Of a stretch of 64,000 bases of DNA, positions 13,569 to 25,500 are shown piece by piece. Position numbers and translations under genes: made by a program. The DNA is from Antedon mediterranea (Eukaryota > Animalia > Echinodermata). The stretch covers positions 2,502,101 through 2,566,100 of the forward strand of contig NC_092677.1 in the NCBI RefSeq assembly GCF_964355755.1, given 5' to 3'. A model generated the notes under the pieces. It saw only the letters and a list, made by a program, of their open reading frames with translations, searched no databases and was not told the origin of the DNA. The stretch's first letter is position 1. Every line of letters starts with the position of its first letter.

Positions 13569-16500
13569 CTGAAAGATAACCAATAAGTTAAAAAGAACAG
13601 ATTTTTAAAATGATTATTATATGATCTTATACTGTATGAGTTTTATATTTGATCTGATTTGAAGTAACCAATGTTTGGTCTTAACTAATCTATTTTATGT
13701 TTAAATCTGTGAAGGTGTGTCACTGTAGGCTGGGACGTCCCATTCAGTTTGCTGTTGGATGTATGTGCTTGTATTGTAAAATTTGGAATAAATTGAATTC
13801 AATTCAATGAAGGAACAAATAATAATTTCAACAAGTGTTCCTTCTTATTTTGAATAATACATGCAAATTGGAATTCAAGGACGAAGCACATTTCACCCTC
13901 CCCTCCCCTCCCCTACTTTTCTTAAGTATCCTATTTAAATCAGAGATCAGCAGCAAAGGAGCTGGTAAAGAGGCCTAACTAGACCTGTCTAGGCCTATAT
14001 CTCGACAAATTGTTGCCGTTCTGTAGATAAACAAACCACCTGTACAAATTCTAGGTTTGTAACATACCATGGTCCAACAGGCTATCTTTAGAAAGTATAG
14101 CATGCATGTGAGCTGCACCTTCAAGAGGTTTGCCGATGTACTCTAGACCGTCTGTCGTTGACGTCGACCCTACAGAAATCAGACTGTGAGGTCTGCTCCC
14201 CGGTAATAAATCCAAAGTTAGTTCATCATTATCATGTAAAAATTCTGGCGCTTCGTGCATGACTACCTCCTCTTTAGCCATTTTAACATGATGCAATTGT
14301 CCAATTGGTGGCAGTGATTCTATCTCTGCGGGAATGGTTATATCACCATCGTCGTCGTCATCTTCTTTGTTCATTTCAACAACTAATGGTTCGATTTCAA
14401 ATTTATTATTTTCATTAACACTTGCGTTTTCAATGACGGGAAAGTTGGAGTCAGTAGAAACAGCGAAATGTATCGTGTTTCGCGGACTTGTATCACGTTC
14501 CGAACCTGACCCGGATTCAGATCCTCCACGTAACCGGTTTGAACTGGTATCATCCGAGTGCGAACCGTCTGATTTCAGGCTTGACCGGTCTGAATCATCC
14601 AAATTCGTTACTTGTTCCTCGTGAAAATTATTCTCTACGTAATCTAAGTTTGTCCTGTCGACATTTTCAAACACTTGGATGCCATTGTTTATAGTATCAA
14701 TGTTAATTTCACTAAGTTTCCGTGTCAAATCATCGTTCGATAATTTCCTTTCATGCGGTTGCTCTGTGAGTCTTTCACATGTTTCATCTTCTTTTGCACC
14801 CAAAACAAATTTACTTTCATTAAGTGAAGATACTTGTTCTAAAGAAGCAGGGGGAGTACTGCTGGGAGATGCAACAGCAGTTTCAGACGACACACTAGTT
14901 CGTAATTGTGATTCAAGTTCTTCTATTCGCTGTTTTAATTTCTCCTTTTCACTGACTTCAGAGTCTACCAATGTTTGCAATTCTGTCCGATGTTTATCAT
15001 CTTCTTTCAAACATTTCTGGGAAAAAATAGTTTTTAATTAGAAACAAACGAGCAACTAGTGATAACTGGTTACATGATGGAGGAACAGGGTGATAGGTAT
15101 GGAAGGTACGGTGGGTGATAGGTATGGAAGGTACGGTGGGTGATAGGTATGGAAGGTACGGTGGGTGATAGGTATGGAAGGTACGGTGGGTGATAGGTAT
15201 GTAGGGTACGGTGGGTGATAGGTATGGAAGGTACGGTGGGTGATAGGTATGGAAGGTACGGTGGGTGATAGGTATGGAAGGTACGGTGGGTGATAGGTAT
15301 GGAAGGTACGGTGGGTGATAGGTATGGAAGGTACGGTGGGTGATAGGTATGGAAGGTACGGTGGGTGATAGGTATGGAAGGTACGGTGGGTGATAGGTAT
15401 GGAAGGTACGGTGGGTGATAGGTATGGAAGGTACGGTGGGTGATAGGTATGGAAGGTACGGTGGGTGATAGGTATGGAAGGTACGGTGGGGGATAGGTAT
15501 GGAAGGTACGGTGGGTGATAGGTATGGAAGGTACGGTGGGTGATAGGTATGGAAGGTACGGTGGGTGATAGGTATGGAAGGTACGGTGGGTGATAGGTAT
15601 GGAAGGTACGGTGGGTGATAGGTATGGAAGGTACGGTGGGTGATAGGTATGGAAGGTACGGTGGGTGATAGGTATGGAAGGTACGGTGGGTGATAGGTAT
15701 GGAAGGTACGGTGGGTGATAGGTATGGAAGGTACGGTGGGTGATAGGTATGGAAGGTACGGTGGGTGATAGGTATGGAAGGTACGGTGGGTGATAGGTAT
15801 GGAAGGTACGGTGGGTGATAGGTATGGAAGGTACGGTGGGTGATAGGTATGGAAGGTACGGTGGGTGATAGGTATGGAAGGTACGGTGGGTGATAGGTAT
15901 GGAAGGTACGGTGGGTGATAGGTATGGAAGGTACGGTGGGTGATAGGCATGGAAGGTACGGTGGGTGATAGGCATGGAAGGTACGGTGGGTGATAGGCAT
16001 GGAAGGTACGGTGGGTGATAGGCATGGAAGGTACGGTGGGTGATAGGTATGGAAGGTACGGTGGGTGATAGGTATGGAAGGTACGGTGGGTGATAGGTAT
16101 GGAAGGTACGGTGGGTGATAGGTATGGAAGGTACGGTGGGTGATAGGTATGGAAGGTACGGTGGGTGATAGGTATGGAAGGTACGGTGGGTGATAGGTAT
16201 GTAGGGTACGGTGGGTTCTTGAATTTAAAGTAGAATGATTAAGCTCTGTCTACACTATCAAATTAGTTTGTGTGAAAAGAAGTGTGATATGCCCAAATAT
16301 GGTAGTGATATGCCCAAATATGGTAGTGATATGATATGACATCTTCATGTCGATATATGGGCACATCACATTTTTTTGTCACATAAAGTTTGATAGTGTA
16401 GATAGAGCTTTAGACTTGGACTGGCCTAATAGGTCTGGTTTGAAAATTCTAATGGGTTTTTAGTGAATACATAGATTTAGGGATTTTTTAAACCTCAGAA

Positions 16501-19500
16501 AAAGTTTGGCTTTGATAGAGTCAACTGAAATACATTTATAAAGCTCACCAATAAATCTTTAAGCCTCTGTGTAGACAATTCAAAAGCTAACGATATGTGC
16601 TCTATATGAACTTTGGTGTACTTTTCTTCTGAAATGAGATCTGAAACAAGAACAGGACATCATTAAAACTAACCTGCTTAAATTATCAATTTATCCGTCA
16701 TGGTATTATGTAAGTATAATCCTCTAATAAAGTACTTATTCATTATTGTGCGTTGTCAATATAATGGCAACAAGATTAGTTAAATATTAAAGTTCATCAT
16801 CGCTAATAATAAGATTATCTTTTACAGAACTTGTTAAGTTTAAATGTCATCATATACAAACTATTACCACTGCCACCACAACAATAATATATATGCAAAA
16901 ATGCCCTTTAATAACTAAAGCTCTATCGACACTATCATAATTTATGCGAAAAAAAATGTGATGTGCTCATATATGGACATGATGATCTTATCACTACCAT
17001 ATTTAGGCACATCACTACCATATTTAGGCACATCACTACCATATTTAGGCACATAACTACCATATTTAGGCACATCACTACCATATTTAGACACATCACT
17101 ACCATATTTAGGCATATCACTACCATATTTAGACATATCACTACCATATTTAGGCATATCACTACCATATTTAGACATATCACTACCATATTTAGGCATA
17201 TCACTACCATATTTAGACATATCACTACCATATTTAGGCATATCACACTTTTTTTTGTCTACTAGTTTGATAGTGTAGACACTAAAGCTTAAGTGTACAG
17301 TACAGTTATATGATTTAATTTAACTGCTAACTCATTTAACTGCTAACTCATTTAACTGCTAACTCATTTAACTGCTAACTCATTTAACTGCTAACTCATT
17401 TAACTGCTAACTCATTTAACTGCTAACTCATTTAACTGCTAACTCATTTAACTGCTAACTCATTTAACTGCTAACTCATTTAACTGCTAACTCATTTAAC
17501 TGCTAACTCATTTAACTGCTAACTCATTTAACTGCTAACTCATTTAACTGCTAACTCATTTAACTGCTAACTCATTTAACTGCTAACTCATTTAACTGCT
17601 AACTCATTTAACTGCTAACTCATTTAACTACTAACTCATTTAACTGCTAACTCATTTAACTGCTAACTCATTTAACTGCTGACTCATTTAACTGCTAACT
17701 CATTTAACTGCTAACTCATTTAACTGCTAACTCATTTAACTGCTAACTCATTTAACTGCTAACTCATTTAACTGCTAACTCATTTAACTGCTAACTCATT
17801 TAACTACTAACTCATTTAACTGCTAACTCATTTAACTGCTAACTCATTTAACTACTAACTCATTTAGGCTACTAAAATAAAATGAGAATTTTCAGAAAAA
17901 AAAATTCTAGGATAGTTTATAAGCACTCATTATTAGAATATTAATTATCAAAACAAACCAGTTTAGCCGTTTTTCACAGATTTCCCCCTCCCCCTTTTAA
18001 AACATACACATAACAAGATAACAGACAGAAAAAATAAATTTATGTTCCATATGTTGGCTAAATAAAGATTATTCCCGCCTATGTCAGATGTCAATGCGAC
18101 AGAAAGCCACTAAATTAAGAGTATATAGGTTCTTACCAGAGGTTTGTTTGCCTTTTCTTGATAACCTTAACAGATGCTGGGTGATGTCCTTACTTGACGC
18201 ATCTTCCGAGAATGGCTACAACAAAATTTAAATTACAACATAACCAATAGATTGATATTGTAACACTCTTATATAAGATGTTTATTTTATGATGGTAAAA
18301 TTAGACAACAAAAAGATAGTGAACTTTCTTAAAGCTCAGGTACAGGCATGAATTTTAAATATAATATCTGGTTAATTGTACATAAATCAAGTATTTGTAA
18401 AAGGAATCAAGACGAAAAAACATAAATTTCCCTTAAAATGGTCAAATACAAAATTTGGCAAAATTCTGCTATAAAAACCAGGAAGACTTTTTTTCAGTAG
18501 TTAGGTAGTTAACCTAATGTAATAACATGTATGATGACTCCCTAGAAGGTGAAAAAAGATGGTGGATATACGGTGGATAATTTTTGCTATAGCATGAAAA
18601 TAAAAATCTGAAGTTGAATAAAAATACCAGAAATGTAATATTCAAGTTATATTACCTATATTTAGTCATCTGATAACATTTTTTACCACACCGTTTGTTT
18701 TTCATAGCTTTTTAAAATGCCTCTCTATTTACAAAATTTATGTACAAAAGAATAGAGATTTTACTGTGTAATTTGAACTATCCCCCCACTGATAAGAAAG
18801 TGCTTGTTTTCTACAAGCTCGTGTAACACAAATAAAATCCCAAAAAATTATGAAACATAGGGGAAACTATAGATCGATAATTATTGGAATGTATGATCAA
18901 TAGAAATTTTTTGCCCGCACCTGGCCTTTAAAGCTTTTCTAAATTATTTCTATAAGAAATTGAAAACTCAATACAGACATTATTAATTATTGGTTTACAG
19001 TGGGCTCAAATCAAACGCTATCCATAAACACAAGTCAGTGGTCCAAAGGTATGAACACCTGGCTAGTTATCTGGAGGTCGTGGGTTCGCGTCCCACTTGA
19101 GAATTGCATTCATAACTGTTCTCATTCATTCATTTTATTGTTCCACATAAGATATGACAAAGACAAGACAAAGAAAAAACCTGGTTACTTATTGTTTATG
19201 TGTGGAAACTCAAATAAGCCAGTATAAATTGACAATTTATGTTAGAATAGGCTGATCAACTACTTAGCACAAATGCTACTTCACAAAAAAAAATATCAAA
19301 AACATTATTATTAATTAAAATGATTTGCAAACCTTATTCACAATATCTGTAAGCGGCGTGGTGATATCTTGGTTACCATACTGTTTAGATGATGAGCCAT
19401 CGAAAACATGGCTTTGGAATTCTACAAATTGAAATGAATAATAACTCTTTTGAAAATGCCACTTTTATTCTACTAAATTTGTATTCAAATAAATTGTCTC

Positions 19501-22500
19501 GTCTTACAGTAGAACTCCTCAAGGCGACACTTTTGGGACCAAAAAAAATGTCTCTTAATTGGGGTTTCCCTTGAATAGGAGTTTGGCCATGGTGTTAAAA
19601 TATATATTTCCTTTCGTTCCATTCATGGGAAATTGTCCCTTAAAAGTAATTTCGCAGTTTGATACTTAACTTACCATTAGACCTGGTCTTATGTCTTAGT
19701 TTGGTGCTTAACTTACTATTAGACCTGGTCTTATGTCATAGTTTGGTGCTTAACTTACCATTAGACCTGGTCTTATGTCATAGTTTGGTGCTTAACTTAC
19801 CATTAGACCTGGTCTTATGTCATAGTTTGGTGCTTAACTTACCATTAGACCTGGTCTTATGTCATAGTTTGGTGCTTAACTTACCATTAGATCTGGTCTT
19901 ATGTCTTAGTTTGGTGCTTAACTTACCATTAGACCTGGTCTTATGTCTTAGTTTGGTGCTTAGCTTACCATTAAACCTGGTCTTATGTCATAGTTTTGTG
20001 CTAAACTTACCATTATACCTGGTCTTATGTCATAGTTTGGTGCTTAACTAACCATTATACCTGGTCTTATGTCATAGTTTGGTGCTTAACTTACCATTAG
20101 ACCTAGTCTTATGTCGGACAGCCTCTTCTTTGTTTACCCTAACAACTTCTATAGACCCTTCAATAATTTTTGGTCCTTCAACTACCGTCGCCGTCTGCGG
20201 TGCTGCAGCAGGAGTCACGATCACTTCGCTGAAAAATAGTGAATGTTAAATTATATATCATCTTCAGCTATTCAAACTTTTAAATTCAGATTTTGATAAA
20301 TTTTTTTTTTTCTTCTTGGATGTCTATAAAATATTATTTAGTCATTGCTTTAAAGCGGTAGGTTTTTTTATGAGCCAATATGGAAAGGAGAAAAAAAACA
20401 ATAAAGAAGCTAAAAAGTATCGGAAAAGAGATGTTAGACCTCTAGAGTCTGCATTATAGTAATTCTCGCTCCTCCAAAGTATATTGATTAAAACGTCAAG
20501 AACCTCAACCGTTCTTTTCAGCATTAAACATTTTGTATTTATAATTCTGTATTATTATGATAACTACTTACCTATCCTCCTCAACTTCCCGCCTCTGTAT
20601 GATTGGTACAGCAGAGGGGCGTGCTTCCCTCCTTCGAGACGGTCGTTTCTTAGCAGCATCTTGCGCCGCTAGAATGACGTCCATCCACGCTTGTCGTTTG
20701 ATAGCGGTCCCTGCAACCAGTTCATAAATCTGAGGGCCTGTAATCTGTGTGCTTACTAAGAAAAACGCTTTTTTGTCTACAAAGAGAACAAAAAATTAGT
20801 TGTCAAATCAATTCATCTTCCAATCAGCATGTTGAATCAAGACTTCTGTAAGCATTTTCTAATCTAAAGTATTATTATTCAGAATAAAACATTTCAAAAC
20901 TATTTTTGGTGTGGAACATCTCTGTCCACCATTTTGCTTATATTATAATGCAGAACCCCAATGCAAACCAGTTCTAGTCTCAGTAAAGCAATGTTAATAT
21001 AATACTGTAACATGTCTGTTCATGAGAAGTACATTAGTTAGATCTACTTTTGTGCATTCAATATGTAAATAATGCAACTCACTTGTAGCAACATTTCGAC
21101 ATAGTAGAGTTGCCAACTTTACAATTGGGCTGTGTGTATTGCGTACGTCATCTCCGCGCTGTACAGTCATACTATGGCATTTCAACACGTATCGTTCATC
21201 TTGTTTTTGTAGTAACACTAGTATATCATCCAACAGTAATACATGCAGATCTAAAGACCACATCAATATACAGTTAGAGTGATATAGAGTTAAGCTCTGT
21301 CTACACTATCAAACTTTATGTGATGTGCCCATGTATGGACATGGTTATGTCATATCACTACCATACTTCGGCATATTACTGCCATACATCACACTTTTTG
21401 TCCAACTAGTTTGATAGTGTAGGATAAGATTAAGATATCCAGCACACAAAATATTGTATCATGTACACAGGTTGTTTTTAATTGTATGCATAAACATAAA
21501 GGTAAATCCTTACATATACTAAAACATTTCAAAAACACATTAAACATAACACATTGAGAGTACATTAAACATGTTTGCTTGCAACTGATTAAAGGATCCA
21601 TCTAATTTCGTCTCTCTTCATAATTAAAGTGTTTACTTAAACGATATTTCAGACAAGCCAATTATTTAACCATTTATAATTTATAGGTCATTCAGCTTAG
21701 CCATACAATACAGAGCGCTGGAGCTTGTTCAACCACGTCTAATTACACACAAAAGCTTACCTAATTTTTTCGTTTTTCCTATTTTCCATGTTAAGTCTCC
21801 ATAGTGTAGTAGCTTCCTATTTGTTAAGTCAATGTTCTATGAAAATTAAACCATAAAAAAAATGTTATGTTTTCGCCATTTTTTATTGAATCGATAATTA
21901 AAGCATGTCTCAAAAACTAGGTCATCGTCTGTTTTACCAGGAAAATACAGGAATAACAACAACAACTTCCCAAGTTATTATTAACAAACGTATCATATAA
22001 TGATTATGTAAAAACCTTTATCATAGTCAAGCCTACTTTGTTATTAATATCTATAATTTAAAAACAACAAATTATCATCAAGCTAGATAGCTTTCTTTAA
22101 AAAAAAAATTAAAAACTTAGTGCCGCTATCAAATCAGAGAAGCACAAGATGGCAGCTGCAGATAATGGAAAAGAAAGGTAGCATCTTTTATATTGATGGA
22201 CTCGACCTCAGGTGAATAGCATAGTTTGTTTACCCATAAGATACATCAGTTCCAAAAACACAAAGGCGTCGACCTCAGGTGAATAGCATAGTTTGTTTAC
22301 CCATAAGATACATCAGTACCAAAACACAAAGGCGTCAACCTCAGGTGAATAGCATAGTTTGTTTACCCATAAGATACATCAGTACCAAAACACAAAGGCG
22401 TCGACCTCAGGTGAATAGCATAGTTTGTTTACCCATAAGATACATCAGTTCCAAAACACAAAAGCGTGGTTCCAACTAGGACACAACTTAACAACGTTGG

Positions 22501-25500
22501 AGTTTTATTAATTTTTTTTTATTACAAATCTACAAAATAAATGCAATAAAAATGTACCTTGTATTCTTGTACAATAGGGTTATTGGATCGGTCAAGAGGT
22601 GATGTGTCCATGCGTCCACTTATTTCAACAAGTTTCTGTTGATTCTCACATTCTTTCACTGCCTGATTCACGTAACTTAGCATTTGCTTACTGCATTCTA
22701 AAGCTTTCTGTAACTTCTCAACATCTGGGTTCGGAGCTAAAACAGACAATTTAAAATAAAGTAGAATCTCTCCTTTTGAATACATATTTAGGAGTCACTG
22801 TCAAGCCGAGTTATTATTTTATTCAATTTTAGGCAAATTGCCAAGGATAACCACAAGGGAACTCAATCACTGTCTTTCTCTTAAAGGTGGCTCTCCTGTT
22901 CACACGACAAACATATACACAAGATGCTCTACCTGTCATATATCAGGATTTTTTCTCATGACAATTTGCAACTCCACTCCCAAAGACGTGTAATAAGTCT
23001 TTGGGAGTGGAGTTGCAAATTGTCATGAGAAAAAATCCTGACATGTGACAGGACCCTTAGATTGGTAGCCAAGCATCATAACCACCAAGCCACAACTCCA
23101 CTCTATTCATTATTCTATGCCGTAAATAAGCAAATTAATTTTATATAAGTTAAAATTAATTACAAACAAAACTCAGAGAAATCAAAATAAGAACGGAAGT
23201 TTAAGACACAAATCTATCGGTAAAATATTACTCAAATACTTTGTTGCAGATTAATAAGATTAGTTTATCAAATTAATTCTCAACTCAGATTCAATCGGAT
23301 TTCAACTTACATATTGTATATTTCATAAGGTTTTCTATAAGTAGTGGATATTTTGTAATTCGTTGATAAACAATGGAAATAATTCCTGGGAATGGTAATC
23401 GTCTACATAAATGATTGGATTCAGCTTCCTAAATAAAGAAGAAGAAAAAAATAAATTATGATAAAAAAAACAACATATTTGTGGAAAATTATAATTTATT
23501 TATAATTATAGTAATTTTGCAATAAAAATTATGGCTGACCGCCTCATAAACTACACAAACCAACAGTGGTGTCTATTACATGCCTAGCTTACCTGGATAA
23601 ACAAAATATAGCCTCTATCTCCGAACAGAGGAATACATTTTCAAAGAGTAGACCATTCTATCAGATAATGGTATCACCCTCTAATTTATCCAGGTAAACA
23701 ATGTTTGTACATTGAAACAAAGTAAAAACTAGAAATGATTGTAAAAAGGTCATGTTAAATTACTGCAGTAACTACATTTCTTACTGCAATAACGTAGTTA
23801 CTGCAGTAACTTAAAATGATTCTTTGTAGCTTACCGTCATAAACTGGCCCACTTTTTGGTCTTTCGCTTGTTTAGCTTTCAGGTTCTCTAACGCGGCAGC
23901 TTGGTTTTCACAGAATGTGGCACAAACTTTACGCATTCTCTCTCCCTCTGCTCCATCAAACTAAAATTAATATAAATATAAAAATTCAAGTTCAAACCAA
24001 TGTATATTGAAAATTAATCTACACTTTAAAAGCTCATCTATTCAAATCATTCTTTTTTTAATAGTTTTCTTGCATTTTATGTTTACTTTTAAGCGCACCG
24101 AGGCTTTTGCATAATGTGCTATATAAGCCTGAATCATTATCATTCAATTATACTCAGTTATAAACAGGAACAAAAAATTTTCTCGCGTTACTTGTGAAAG
24201 AATAAAAAAATAAAAGAAAAACTTACTCTATCTAACAAGATATCTCCGACTTCTTCTATGACGTTATTGCTAGATGCTTCTTTGCGCTTTTTCATTGCAT
24301 TATTTAATGATGTATGCACCTCAATTAAGTCAATAAGATTTGGGAATATGAACTTGATCTCCTGATCTAACCCATGCACATGTTGCATTGGACGGAAAAA
24401 TACCCTATCAAGCACTTTAAGGCCTCGAACATGCGTCCTCTCAGTGTGGAATAATTCTACAAAACAGAAAACATAAACACAGATAAAAAAATATAATTTT
24501 GATAAATTTTAAATTAACCTCTGCATTCTGAATACAAGTGTGTTGTATATGCCTAAATTTGCATATCCATGTGTTTCTATGCATATTAATTATATTTTAA
24601 TTCATGAAAATCAACAAACACACTAGTACGGTACAAATAATTATTATATGACATGATGTAGACATTGGGAAAAATAGTGTTACAAAAACAATTTAACTTT
24701 TAATATTGCATAATTAAATCGGATCATGTCAAAATTATTCTACTGTGCCAGTAACTGCAGTAAACTACATTTTTGTTTTACACTGAACTTTTAGTTTGTT
24801 CAATGTGTTTATAAAGTAATCACTGCAATAAAAAGTGTGTATGATTACCCCAAAAGAAGTTTGCTAAACAATTGTTACTGCAGTAACTGCAGTAGATCAA
24901 CTTTGACAAGGTCCCTAATAAGTACATCTTTAACCAACCATTAATAATTTCTTGTCTTTTGATTTCTTTACTCTTCATTTTCTTGAGGAAGTCTTTCGCC
25001 ACATTCTCTTGCCAATTTGGAATATCGTTTTCTACGTCAAGATCGGAATCGTCGTATTCAGGCATGTCGTGTCGAAATGTTGTATTTGATTCGCATGATG
25101 AAAATAACGAATCATGACTCCTGGTAAATTCAAAAATTGATTGATTTAAAAGATTATTTGTACTGTATCTTAGGAAAGTTCTGTGATACACTATCACATG
25201 TTCATCACATTTTCAATCAATTTTCTGGTAATGTTAGGGTAAAAAATAATTCACATGTGCCACAGTATTTGGGAATTAGCCTATGATACACAAGGAAATT
25301 CAGTCTATTTAAAAGTTAATATCTTTATTATTTGGATACAATATATAATAATAATACTAGAAAAGTGTTAAAATAAATCTCTATCTTTGTAAATTATTCG
25401 TACACATGCTAATAGTGTACTGTAGCTCTACTTATATATAATATATTTTGATTTATTGGTCCCATGATATTTGTGGTTTATCTGATATATTTTTAAAACC

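Noticed and set aside
14334-15041. Plus-strand ORFs overlapping the large exon
   Set aside because: Antisense shadows of the real minus-strand coding exon.
14997-16025. Three 300-340 aa ORFs (PITHRTFHTYHPPYLPYLSPTVPS repeats)
   Set aside because: All frames are open only because the 25-bp repeat lacks stops; it is intronic minisatellite.
17329-17866. Array of branch-point-like (TG/TA)CTAAC motifs
   Set aside because: They are on the + strand, antisense to the pre-mRNA.
19035-19100. Functional tRNA gene
   Set aside because: Only A/B-box-like pieces and no acceptor stem; more likely a SINE head.
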